DNA of 64,000 bases from Octopus vulgaris (taxonomy: Eukaryota), in assembly GCA_951406725.2 (NCBI GenBank), contig OX597831.1, forward strand, positions 3,162,001 to 3,226,000, read 5' to 3'. The position numbers were made by a program, and so were the translations under genes. The notes under the pieces are model-generated. The model did no database searches. It saw nothing but the letters and a program-made list of their open reading frames with translations, and had not been told where the DNA came from. Of this stretch, positions 41,606 to 54,755 are shown piece after piece (position 1 is the first letter of the stretch; every line of letters begins with the position of its first letter).

Positions 41606-42149
41606 TGAAGAATACTCTACGGCTGATTGGCTACAATGCTCTTTGAGATTGCTATCGAACGCTCAAACCAAATCAAAATTGATGCAGGAAAAAAAATATT
41701 TTTGTTCATTTGTTTCAGCCAATCATTCTTGGCAGCTAAAACTTATTGATTTTTTTTTTTCACATGGATACCAAAACCCCATATCTGTAGGGCAAGGTAA
41801 GGAAATCGGTCAGTGTTCCTGACTTCCCCAAAAGTATTAGATAAAGGATACTGAATAAAGAGATAAATATTTATTTATCCTATGTACTATTGGGAGGAAG
41901 AGAATCAATGATCCAAGGAAACTGCATGCATGATCACTCAACCTATTAGAAATAGCAGTTAAATCTCTCCAAAATTGCACTCTGCCATCATTAGGTAGGA
42001 AGGTCATAGAATGTTAAGGAACTTTGAATAATGTGATTCCAGATTTATCATTTCTGGAATAAAGATGTGATGGTCATTGTTGGAACCAATTTGATCATAA
42101 ACCTACTTTATTTGGGCTATTTTTACCATGTTAGATATCTTGTATCTTT

Positions 42150-42395
42150 TATCATTTACTTATTTCAGTCATTGGTCTGTGGCCATGCTGGAGCACCACC
42201 TTGAAGTGTTGAGATGAACAAATCAAACTTTTTTTAAAGCCTAGATCTTATTTTATCAGTCACTTTTTGGTGAATTGCTAAGTTATTGGAATGTAAACAA
42301 ACCAACATCAATAGGGTGGGCAAACACAAACACAAAGACACACACATAAACACATACATATTTGCAGATATACATATACGCACATATACACCCAC

Positions 42396-42452
<57 letters not shown>

Positions 42453-42620
42453 TACATATATATGTACATGACAGGCTTTGTTCAGTTTGTCAACCAAATC
42501 CACTCACAAGGCTTTTGTCAGCCCAGGACTATAACAGAACATACTGGCAGAACGTGCCATAGTGGGATTGAACCCAGGACCATGTGGTTGAGAAGCAAAC
42601 TTTTTACCACACAACCACAC
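42150..42620 (-). mobile_element. SINE family A (diverged)
   Basis: Tail and head recognisable. Confidence 0.8.
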
Positions 42621-43499
42621 ATGAACCTATGAAAGAAAATACAGTGCCCGTTACTCTGTAGATTTACAGATTCTCAAAGACTGGTAGAAGGATCCTATCC
42701 TTCAATTGAACACCTCAACTAAATGCTTATAGCAGATTGAAATCCATTAAGGGTTTGCAGTGACCACATCGTCAGATGGTGGTACTGAACCGGGCAATGG
42801 ATTAATTCTTTAGCATTCAGATTATCCTGATAAATGTAATGTTAATCTATTCTCATTGTTTTGAATCACTAATGAATTTATCTCATAGCTTTGGGATTTT
42901 GATGGTGGCACGTAAAAGCACCCACTACACTCTTGGAGTGGTTGGCATTAGGAAGGGCATCCAGCTGTAGAAACTCTGCCAGATCAGATTGGTGGCTGGT
43001 GCAGCCATCTGGTTCGCCATACCTTAGTGAAATCGTCCAACCCATGCTAGCATGGAAAGCAGATGTTAAACGATGACGATGATGATGATGATAATATAAA
43101 TTTTTATAATGACATTGTAGGGTAGGTGTGAGATGCCAGAGCTGGGGTACAAATGCATAATCAGAAATATGTCTGACAATTTTACTCTCTGTTTTGGCTG
43201 CATCTTCTGTTTCAAATTTAAAGCAGATGGTGCCATGACTTTTCCCCCTTTTTACAGTTGAGAGAATTTCTTCTGATATGTCCTGAAGAGTTTGATGTAC
43301 TACCATTTGGCACGAAGAAAGATTTAGTCCACTTCTGTCTTTTCAAAAGCAGAAATATACAGTATTTCACTTTAATCTTTTTTATGGGTTAGCTCCTTTG
43401 ACAAAGAAATGCTGTTTGGTCTTGCAAAATTCTCCCAACTACATTTAGTTTTCTTGTAACTATAGCAAGTCTAAAAAGTCTGTTTCTTCAGAGTGTCAA

Positions 43500-43724
43500 G
43501 CCCTTAGCATTCAGATTATTCTGTTAAATGTAATCTTTATTGACTCATATTCATTTGAATTAATCATGCATTACCTTGTAGCTTCAAGATTGTGATGATG
43601 TTGTTATTTAGTTTTAGAATGGCATGGTAGGATAGGTGTGAGAGGTAGGATCTAGTCGGTTTGAAAATAAAACAGGTGGAAATATTTTGGCCGAATATAG
43701 CTGTTTTGACTGCCAAGGGGTTAA
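43500..43724 (-). mobile_element. TTAA-type MITE, second family
   Basis: CCCTTAGCATTCAG..AAGGGGTTAA; homologues at 51931-52115, 52925-53145, 62787-63011, and split at 42805-43150. Confidence 0.75.
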
Positions 43725-43759
43725 AGGAAGGTTTGCTTCAACACAGCTACTATATTCTT

Positions 43760-44160
43760 TTGTTCTTTTATTTGTTTCATTTGTCTGACTTGGCCATACT
43801 GGAGCACCACCTTAAAGGGTTTGGTCGAAGAAATCGACCCCAGAACTTATTCTTTGTAGGCCTAGTATTTATTCTATCGGTCACTTCTGCTGAACCACTA
43901 GGGTATGGGAACATAAGCACACCAACATCGGTTGTCAAGCAATGGCAGGTGAACAAACACAGATATACACATATAAATATATACATGCATATGTATATAT
44001 ACGACAGGCTTCTTTCAGTTTCCGTCTACCAAATCCACTCACAAGGCTTTGATTGGCCCAAAGCTATAATAGAAGACACTTGCCCATGGTGCCACACAAT
44101 GGGACTGAACCTGGAATCACATGGCTGTGAAGCAAGCTTCTTATCACACAGCCATGCCTG
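43760..44160 (-). mobile_element. SINE family A
   Basis: Full match. Confidence 0.85.
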
Positions 44161-44647
44161 ATCCAAATGGATTATAGAGCTAAAGTCCAAGCAAGACACA
44201 TCACTTGTTACTCATAGTATTTTTGAATCCTCTAAGTGTCTGAGATATTTCTACCGTTTAATTTTTCACTAAACTGCTAATTTTGCATCTGTTTTTGGAT
44301 TTGATTACATGTTTGGATTCTGTGAAGTTGTTTTTTTTTCTTTTGCCACTGCAGTGCTTTGGTTGTGTCGCATAAATATATTTGGTGGCCATTTGGGATG
44401 TCAAAATGAAATGTGTGGAGATGAAATAAAGTTTTTTAAAGTTTGTAAAACAGACCTTATTTTTTTTTTATTGTTTCCCCTGTGTATTGAGGGCAGGTTT
44501 TCCTTAGTTAATTATAGTTCTTTTTATAAATACTCCAAAGAAAATTCCATTTGGTAATGCTTGAATAAATCATGTCTTGAAGAGAGATGAAATATGACAT
44601 CAAATTTAATAATAATAATGATAATAATAATAATAATGATGATATCA

Positions 44648-44852
44648 AATTTTGCCACAAGGGCAGCCATTTGTGGGGAGGGGACTAGCCAATTACATCG
44701 ACCCCAGTGTTTCACTGGTACTTGATTTATTGACCCTGAAAGGATGAAAGGCAAAGTCGACCTTAGCGGAATTTGAACTCAGAATGTAGTTACAGGCGAA
44801 ATACCACTGAGCATTTTGTCCAGCGTGCTAATGATTCTGCCAGCTTGCCACC

Positions 44853-44853
<1 letters not shown>
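44648..44853 (-). mobile_element. SINE family C with TAA flanks
   Basis: Nin-like domain and GGTGGCAAGCTGGCAGAATC head on minus. Confidence 0.85.
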
Positions 44854-44934
<81 letters not shown>

Positions 44935-44971
44935 TAATAATAATAATGATAATAAAAATAATAATGATAAT

Positions 44972-45261
44972 GAAAAGTTGAGAGATATAGCTTGTGAAGT
45001 TAAGCAGTTGTGGTTGATGAAAAAAGTAGCAGTAGTACCAATAATTGTCGAAGCCCTGGAAACAGTGAGCAAAAATCTCGAGGAGTACATGGAACAAATA
45101 GGGGCTGTAATAAGGGTGGAGCACTTGCAGAAAACAGCACTGCTTGGAACCGCTCGAATACACTGGAAGGTGCTCGAAAAATAAGACGTGTTACCTTAGT
45201 TCACTGGTAGTGAACAGCTGACACTGTAGTACATCTCCAGCGTTAGAAGCTGTGCAAAGGC

Positions 45262-45262
<1 letters not shown>
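44972..45262 (+). mobile_element. R4/Dong-like LINE 3' fragment (second family) in (TAA)n
   Basis: LRDIACEVKQLW..VVPIIVEAL..LQKTALLGTARIHWKVLEK*. Confidence 0.85.
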
Positions 45263-45299
<37 letters not shown>

Positions 45300-45311
45300 G
45301 GATAATAATAA

Positions 45312-45856
45312 AATACCCTGATGCAGTACCAGGCAGTGGCTCTCATGGCTTCTGATCTTAACTGACTGGAAGTGTTATCATGTACATTGTTTTGTCTTGG
45401 TATAAAAGATGGGCTACAGCAAATATTCTGCTCTATACCACAGTTGTTTGACCTTAACCAGTTGACCATGTCCCTTAGTGGCTGATGATATGTGCGTCTC
45501 TAATCATGAGCAGAAGTAGTGGGGGAGCGTCATAGCCATGAGTCGAAAGGAATTCTTTGGGGTTTGCATGATTCACCTCTAGAAACATGAGTGTTTCATT
45601 CAAGATCCTTAAACAACCCTTATTCAGGGACCTTTTGAGTGGGATGGGCTACTTGACCTGAAGAAAATCCTAATTGGTTCCACCTGCAAGGTCATGTGCC
45701 GTTTATCTTGATATGAGATCACCATGTTGCGCATATATGGTTGTGATGGATGTGCCTAGTGTACCCTTATCAGATTGGTAGTCATGATGGGTATACTGGG
45801 CTTCGTATATTTTACCCCTGTGTCTCTTTGATGGCATACACTGCTCTCTCACTCAA
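45312..45856 (+). mobile_element. Family D element, longest copy, in (TAA)n
   Basis: Reverse complement of 40674-41149 plus extra 5' sequence. Confidence 0.85.
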
Positions 45857-46994
45857 TAGTGATAATAATAATAATAATAATCCTTTCAATTATAGTCACA
45901 AGGCAAGAATTTGGGGGAAGGAAGCAAGGAGAAGTGGAGAAGGAATGGAGGAGGAGGGAGAACAACAAGAGATGATGATGACGACAACGACGACGATGAC
46001 GATGATGATGACGATGACGATGACGATGATGATGATGATGATGATGATGATAATGATGATGATGATGGTGATGATGATGATGAGGAGGAGGAGGAGAGGG
46101 AGGGGGGAAGAGAATTTGGAAAACTGGGATGATGATGGTGATAGTGAAGATGATGACAATGGCATCAATGACAATTTTTGTGACCCTTTTCTGAATTCTA
46201 GCTCCTTCCTCTTCTCTCCTGTCCTTTTCCCATCCTTCTTAATCCATTCTGCCTACCATCCATTGCCCATATATATACATTCAGGCTCATCAGTGAATCC
46301 TCAAAGGGAAAGCCATGCTTTGGTGTGTCATACATAGAACCTTAAGAATGATTAAATAACAGCTATGTTTGAATGTTTGAAGTAGGGACTAAAAGTGCAA
46401 GGCCCCTATTTATTGATGACATTTCCTACATAACTCTATTTGCGTTGTCTTCAACATAAATGGAACTAAGATCTACTCACCCTCGATTCTTTCTCATTGA
46501 TTCTGCTATGTCTGTCAGGTTTTGCTTCTCATCACGACCTTGTTTCAGACGAAACAGTGATTTGTGCACAGATTAGCAGATCAAAGAGGAACTTTCAGAC
46601 AAATATTGTCGTATTCTTGTTTTACTTCAAAGTTTCAAGCGATCACCAAGTCTCTCTAAGATACATTATAGTTCCTCCAGAACTGATTTTATCAGGAATT
46701 TCAATGCGTCTCTGTTTCTGTTAGTGTGTAATATTTGCATCTCTGTATGTGTGTAGAACTATGTGCCTTGGTGTGTATGTGTACGTGTGTGTGTGTGTAT
46801 GTGTGTGCATGTGTGTGTGTTTGTGTGTATATGCATTGGTGTGTCTCAGGGAGTATATGTTGTTTGCAAGATTTCTGTTCGTTATGTTGTCAACATATTT
46901 GTACCTATGTCTGTCTTTCTTCTCTCTTACTTTTTCTGTCTCACTCCGTGTGTTTATATACATATATAAAAACATACGCACATATATATATATA

Positions 46995-47255
<261 letters not shown>

Positions 47256-47560
47256 CATATTACTCTACACCTGGTATTTGAGTACTCTTTTTCCCACCTT
47301 GTTTCACATTTATGCGTTTACTCCGGTATATATATATATATATATATACACATAAATTATGGAGGTGTACTTGCATAGCAAGTGACTTAATCTGAGATCG
47401 TGTGCTGGAACGAAAACAATTGCAGCGTGGATGGTGTTTGTAAGCCATTTAAGAAACACTCAAAAACCGTTAGATTCACTTCAACATTTAAATTTAATTT
47501 ACCAAAATATTTCCGTCACTTTGAGACCACAACCTGTTCACTGACAAAATTCCATGCTGC

Positions 47561-47617
<57 letters not shown>

Positions 47618-47662
47618 TATACATATACATATATATGCATACACATATCCATATATACATAC

Positions 47663-47710
<48 letters not shown>

Positions 47711-47824
47711 ATGATTTAAATACCTTGTTAAATTGAAACATCTTAGACTTACTTCTGTGCTATTTCCACCTCTATCTTTTATATATAAAAATTTGATTTG
47801 TATAGATCTCTAATCTTTTTTCAG

Positions 47825-47864
<40 letters not shown>

Positions 47865-47866
<2 letters not shown>

Positions 47867-48080
47867 TCTTTTACTCTTTTACTTGTTTCAGTCATTTGAC
47901 TTCAGCCATGCTGGAGCACCATCTTTAGCTGAGAAAATTGACCCTAGGACTTATTCTTTGTAAGCCTAGTACTTATTCTATCGGCCCCTTTTGTTGAACC
48001 GCTAAGTTACAGGGACATAAACACACCAGCATCGGTTGTCAAGCAATGTTGGGGAGACAAACACAGACACACAAACATAT

Positions 48081-48117
<37 letters not shown>

Positions 48118-48261
48118 ACAGGCTTCTTTCAGTTTCCGTCTACCAAATCCACTCACAAGGCTTTGGTCGTCCCTAGGCTATAGTAGAAGACACTTGCCCA
48201 AGATGCCACCCTGAACAATGTGGTTGGTAAGCAAGCTACTTACCACACAGCCACTCCTGCG

Positions 48262-48263
<2 letters not shown>
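47865..48263 (-). mobile_element. SINE family A
   Basis: Full match with a small internal deletion. Confidence 0.9.
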
Positions 48264-48302
<39 letters not shown>

Positions 48303-48529
48303 ATATGTATGTATATATGTATGTATGTATGTATACACCTATCAATGTACTTGTCTATCTAGCTAATATCAAAATTGGGTGCAATATGTCTCTCTTCTGC
48401 CAGATTTCCTTTGAAAAACATCCATATTTCAATTGCATCAAAAAAGGACATCATTCCCTCTCCCTCTCTCTCTCTCTCCTCATTCCCTACAAATCTATCC
48501 CACTCCAAACACACACACACATAGACAGA

Positions 48530-48788
48530 TATGCACTCGTACTCGCGTTCATCTTACTCATGAAAATAAAAGAAATAACAAAAAGTCAGCACCAAAAGAA
48601 ATAATAATAATAAAAATAAAAATAAAAATAAAAATAAAAAAAAAAAAACAGGGGGGAAAATAGAGGAACAAATTGAGGAAATCCCCTTCAGAACTGTTTG
48701 AAATGAAGGAAAAAAGAGTAGCAGGGACCTGAGCGGAGTAGGAATGTCTCAAAAAAAAACAACAATGAACACTTGTAAGAAAAAAAAA

Positions 48789-48821
<33 letters not shown>

Positions 48822-49445
48822 CCGAGAGAGAGAGACAAAAACGTAACCCTTTTCCTATCCCATTAGGAAGATTGTGAATGTTTTGAGGAAAGAGAAGGAA
48901 ATAAAATAAATAACAACAACAACAACAACAGCTGCAATAACAACAACAACTGCAACAACAACAACAACAACAACAACAATATTATTGTCTCAAAAGAGAG
49001 AAGAGTATAAAGGAATGGTGGATAGAAGAAAGAAAAAATTCCAATATTGGACTGTGTGCATCGATAAATCAATGTTCTACTGTATGTTAATGTTGGCTTT
49101 GCTTCTGTTGTGTCGGTTTTAATACTCCGTCTTCTTCTCTGCTGGTTTTCCCTCACTACAGAATACACTCGCCTTATCTTGAACGCAGCTCTGTAGTGCT
49201 GGGTTGTGAGCTGCGTTTCTTTTCTTCTATGTTGTGTGTGTTTGTTGTTGTTGTTATTGTTGTTGTTGTGGTGGTGGTGATGGTGGTGGTGGTGTTGTTG
49301 TTGATACACGTTAGGTTTGTTAAATACGGTATCTCGTGGCGTTGGTGGCTTTAACTCACCGTTTCAATTTATATTCGCCTTATCTCAGCCATGCCTCTGT
49401 AATTCTGGTGGGGTTTTGCGGCAGAGCTTTTGTGTGTTAGCCATA
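48530..49445. promoter_or_regulatory. Possible promoter/5'UTR island
   Basis: No recognisable TE, CpGs retained, duplicated TCGCCTTATCT (GATA core) at 49169 and 49375, minus ATGA|GTAAGA at 48557. Confidence 0.35.
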
Positions 49446-49497
49446 CATGTGTTGTGTGTCGATTGTATATGTGTGTGTGTATGTTTGAATGTATGTA

Positions 49498-49602
<105 letters not shown>

Positions 49603-49707
49603 ATGTATATATATATATATATAGCCGAGTGTTTGTATAGCTGTGTGTGTATATTCAAACACACACACACACAACACACACACACACACAGCTGATTGTT
49701 TGTGTAG

Positions 49708-49751
<44 letters not shown>

Positions 49752-49776
49752 ATACATATATATATTTATATATACA

Positions 49777-49812
<36 letters not shown>

Positions 49813-49960
49813 TATACACACATGCATATATATAAGTATATATGTGTATATGTGTATGTGTGGATATATATTATATATATATATATATATATACATATAT
49901 ATATACACACACACACACACACATATACACTGACACACATATATACATATATATATATAC

Positions 49961-50006
<46 letters not shown>

Positions 50007-50349
50007 CTCTGTGTTGATGCGTTGTTGGCTTCATCCATTCCTAAATCATCCTCTTCTTGTGTCCAACACATCTGTAGTCTCGGCTTGGTGTCTGTCTGTG
50101 TGTTGTCTGTTTTCCCCCCCCCCCCGTATTAGTTTTTCTGTGTTAATGTGGTCTGTGTTGAGATGTAGTCGGTTGGTAGAGCATGTGAATATACCTAGTA
50201 TCTGTTTGCGGCTCTAGTGTGTTGGTGTGGTTTTCACTTTGGTATCTATTGGTATTGCATTTATGTACTATGTGTTTTTCGGTACTATAGTGTGTTGGTC
50301 TGGGATTCGCTTTTTTTTAAATAGTTTTCTTCCTCCTCTTCCTCCAAAT

Positions 50350-50965
50350 GAAAATGATGATGATGATGATGATGATGAGGAGGAGGAGGAGGAGGAAGAG
50401 AGGACGACAATGATGATGATGACGACTGTTGTGATGATGCTGGCAATGATGACAATGACAATGATGGTAATGAAGATGATGATGATGATGATGATGATGA
50501 TGATAATGACACTGTTGATGATAATGATAACGATGATGACAATGATTATGTTGATGAGGATGATGATGAAGATGATGATGAGGAGGAGGAGGAGGAGAAC
50601 AACAACAACGATGATGATGAGGAGGAGTAGGAGGTGGATGAAGATGATGATGATGAAGATGATGATAATGATGATGATGATGATGATGATGATGAGGAGG
50701 AGGAGGAGGAGGATGGAGATGAGGAGGAGGAGGAGGAGGAGGATGAACAGGAGGAAGAAGATGATGATGATGAGGAGGATGAGGAGGATGAAGATGAAGA
50801 TGATGATGATGATGATGATGGTGGTTGTGATGGTGATGATGGCAATTACGACTACGATGACGACAACTACAACGATGATGATGTTGACGAAGACGATAAT
50901 GAATGAAGAATACAGCAACTATGACGACGATGATGTCGGCTATGAAAATGACAATGATGTTGACG
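50350..50965. repeat. (GAT)n/(GAG)n compound trinucleotide repeat
   Basis: Directly visible; source of the poly-M/D/E/H ORFs. Confidence 0.95.
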
Positions 50966-51321
50966 ACTTTTTCTTCCATCCTTGCATGGGTCTGATGAAG
51001 GTACGTTGGGGGTAGAGTTTTCTTCAACTGAACATAAGATGCAAGGCTTTATCGTGATAACATAGTGTTGTAGTTATGTGTGTCAAGATTTATCTTGGAG
51101 CATTATCTATCATCTTAAATTTAAGGTTCTGCTCTTTAGATTATCTTTTCCCTGATGGACAAAAAACTATGAAACAGACCATTGTATGAAGATTTCTGTT
51201 GTCACCCATCCCTTCTTCTGTCATTTCCAAATGTCAGGCTGATTTTTTCTTTTCCTATATTGTCTACATTATGTGCTGTATTTACTGAGCATTGCATTTA
51301 TTTTGTAGCCTCCTGAAACAT

Positions 51322-51678
51322 GCCGCCGTGATGATCCTCATTCTCGCCCACAACATCATAAGCGGAAAGTGTAACCTCTCGAAAGAGCTGTTCTTCACTC
51401 CTGCTCCAGAGCGTCGGCTGCGGGGTCATTCCGAAAAGCTCTACCTGCGACGATTTCATCTCAATCGAAGGAGAGGAGCTTTCTCCGTCCGGGTTGCGGA
51501 TCCGTGGAACAAGCTGCCAGACGAGATGGTGAAGATGCCGATGACCGCTTTGTTCAAAGTCTCCCTTGACCTCAAGTGGCCTGAACTCTTTACATGAACA
51601 TCACCCTGTACTTAACCCCATGTCCCCCTACATGGCCTTGCTATTTGCTTTTGAGCCAAAAATTAACTAACTAACTAA
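51322..51678 (+). mobile_element. CR1/L2-like LINE 3' end
   Basis: ..LFF..RLRGHSEKL..RRGAFSVRVADPWNKLP..FKVSLD..*; (CTAA)n tail. Confidence 0.88.
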
Positions 51679-52117
51679 ATTACTGCCATTTAGATGTGTT
51701 AACCATTTTTTTCACAACCCACCAGTTATTCTTTTCTACTCAGGAGTTAAAAGTGTGAGTTGATAGTCTTTTCCAGAAAGTTCTATTTCAAATACTTTGA
51801 ATATGAGTTGGTGAGGGTAGTTTGCCATGTTTAATGATACTCATAAGATCCTTGGAAATTCTTTAGCTTGTTGGGTGTCTGTAGTTTCACACGACACTCA
51901 TTTTGTGTATTATGCCATCATTTGTGAATGTTAATCCTTTTGTATTCAAACCAGCCATATTAGGCCCAAATATTCTAACTGTTCTATGTGCAAACTGAGC
52001 AGATCAGGCCTCTCATACCTACCCTACAATGCCATTCTAAAAATAAACAATCACATCATCGAAATCTGAAAGCTACAAGTTAATGTATGTTTAACTCAAA
52101 ACAATGTGAATACATAA

Positions 52118-52830
52118 GCTCAGTGGTTAGAGTGTCAGGCTTGCTTACAATCATGAGGTAGTGAGTTCGATTCCCAGACTGGGTTGTGTGTTGTGTTCTT
52201 GAGCAAGACACTTTATTTCACGTTGCTCCAGTTTACTCAGTTGTAGAAATGAGTTGCAATGTCACTAAGCTGTATCGACCTTTGCTTTTCCCTTGAATAC
52301 CATCAGTGGTGTGAAGAGGGGAGAGTGGTATGCATGGGTGACTGCTGGTCTTCCATAAAACAACTTTGCCTGGATTTGTGCCTTATGGTGTCAAAAAACG
52401 CATCTTAAACACTTATAAGAAGAATGAAATAATTCAGAAGCATTTGCAACTAACATAGGATGGTTTAACCCTTCAGCATCCAGATTACTCTGTCAAATGT
52501 AAAAGGATAAAGACCCCTTTTGGTCACAAATTACCATGGGATTGCACCAAGAAAGCTCCCTACCAAGGCGTAAATCCAGGTAAGGTTGTTTATAGAAGAC
52601 CAGCACTTACCCATGCATACCAGTCTCTCCTCTTGTGCCACAGATGTTATCCAAGAGAAAGGCAAAGGTTAATACAGCTTGGCACCAGTGATATTGCAAC
52701 TCATTTCTGCAACTCAGAGAACGGAAATAAAGTGTCTTGCTCAAGAACACAACACACAGCCTGGTCTGGGAATTGAAATCACTACTGCATGATTGTAAGC
52801 CCAACACTCTAACCACTCAGCTATGCACCT
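52118..52830. mobile_element. Inverted pair of tRNA-derived SINEs (family E; + 52118-52385, - 52505-52830)
   Basis: GCTCAGTGGTTAGAGTG..GAGTTCGATTCCC..CTTGAGCAAGACACTT and its reverse complement. Confidence 0.85.
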
Positions 52831-52924
52831 TCAAGAGGCTAGAATACTTTTCAGTAATGATACTCTTCCCCTGTGAGAAAGGGGAAAGGAGATTGGTAAT
52901 AACTTTAAACGAGGTGTTGAGGGG

Positions 52925-53145
52925 TTAACCCCTTAGCATTTAAACTGGCCCATATCCGGCCCAAATATTCTTCCTGTTTTATGTTCAAACTAGCCAGATC
53001 CAGCCTCTCATTCCTAGCCTACAATGTCAATTTAAAAGTACATAACCACATCATCAAAATCACAAAGCTATGAGATAATTCATGATTAATTTAAAACAAT
53101 GTGAATAAATAAGCATTAAATTTGACAGAGCAATCCAAGAGTTAA
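52925..53145 (+). mobile_element. TTAA-type MITE
   Basis: TTAACCCCTTAGCATT...GAGTTAA. Confidence 0.75.
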
Positions 53146-53639
53146 ATGATTAATGAATGATGGAAGGAATCGGAACAGGTTTACTGATGTGGAGGAGCTT
53201 CATGGCTGTATTTTGCATGGATGGAGTGGAGAGTCTGAGGTGGTGCCCCCAAAATGAAGTAAATGTGGTGGGGACATGGTACCAGAATGTACCTTAATGA
53301 CCAAAAATGTGAACAGAAGACAGTGTGAATACAGAAGAGCCAGATGGAGTGGATGGGGTTGGCAGAGTGAGGGAGCAGAGTGATAGATGGAACCTGAATG
53401 TGGGTGGAGGTGGTCAGATCTATATAGGGGAAGAATATAGAGAAAAGTGAACAGGGATGGAATGGTAAATATGGGGTAGACACCATGATAAGAATGGGAG
53501 ATGGATGTCAACTGGGAGTAGTACAAAGGAGAGGGAGTAGTGGCTGACAGTTCAGAAATGGTGATATTGTATGTAGTAACAGATTCTAGTCTAGAGAATG
53601 CCAGCCAGGAACATTGACATGAATGGTAGCCTCTTCCAG

Positions 53640-54330
53640 ACCTGTGTTAAATACACTGTATCTCATTTAGATGACTTTAACTTTGCTATCCAAAAACAGG
53701 AGACAGCTAATAAATACCTGATCAACAACAGAGATAGGAATGGCTGTAAACTTCCATGCTCTGATAGAAAATGTTGATTGTGCCATACCAAAGAGAAGAT
53801 ATCGCTTGTATCATCAGTAGCTATCTAAAAATGTTTGTGAGATGCTAACTTTCCGTGAGACATGACATTGTCGTTCAGACAGACTACAATGCTATATGCA
53901 GGAAATATTATCCTTACTACCATGTAAAACACACACCGGAACCAGAAAGTATCCAAACCCTTAAAAATAAAGAATACTGGTGGAATATTCCAATAAAAGC
54001 TGCAACCCAGTGTAAGCACAACAGGAGAGATATTGTTGTATAAGATGGGGAACAAAAGTTGTGGAGCATTGCAGAGATCAGTTGTTCAGCAGATGTGAAT
54101 GCCTCTTCAAAAATTGAGGAAAAGAGAATATCTATGAAGAACAAAAGAGAAATCTACAGCTCTTGTATCCATGCTGTAAATTTTCATTTGTTCCTATTAT
54201 CATAAGTGTACTGGGCTTCATGATTAATTAGCTTAAAAGCCTAAAAATATTTGGGTTCACCAAAAAGGAATAGAGGAGACTGATTCACATTCTTCAGATA
54301 TAATTGGTCGGGGGAACAGTGAAAGTTTCT
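53640..54330 (+). pseudogene. Decayed RLE-type (R4/Dong-like) LINE C-terminus
   Basis: RHDIV, EYWWNIPIK..KHNRRDIVV..IAEISCSADVN. Confidence 0.7.
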
Positions 54331-54414
54331 AAAATACTTCAGGGATTCTCCATTTCAGGTTTCTGGATCAACGTATGTGCACAATCACACAAACATATGG
54401 AGGCGTTGCTGTAT

Positions 54415-54755
54415 ATGTGCAGGCGTGGCTGTGTGGTAAAAAGTTTCCTTCCCAACCACATAGATCCAGGTTCAATCTTACACCGTTGCACCTTGGGCAA
54501 GTGTCTTCTACTATAGCCCTGGGCTGACCAAAGCCTTGCGAGTGGATTTGATTGATGGAAACTGAAAGAAGCCCATTGTATAATATGTGTGTGTGTGTGT
54601 TTGTGTTTGAGGATGTCTCCCACCTCTCCTTGACAATTAGTGTTGTTGTGTTTATATCCCTGTAACTTAGTGGTTTGGCAAAAGAGTCTGATAGAATAAA
54701 TGCCAGGCTTTAAAAGGAGTTCTGGGATTTATTCATTTGACTAAAAATTCTTCAA
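54415..54755 (+). mobile_element. SINE family A
   Basis: Head and body match. Confidence 0.85.

Noticed and set aside
43170-43490. Possible LINE ORF1 remnant (minus); also a possible APE remnant at 58230-59200
   Set aside because: Too degenerate to support without a profile search
47390-47560. Further (TA)n-embedded insert with a hairpin..GGAAA on minus
   Set aside because: It lacks a CUGANGA box, so it was not counted as a hammerhead
50985-51035. CTGATGAAGG hammerhead-like start
   Set aside because: No GAAA after the candidate stem; the flank resembles a decayed SINE tail
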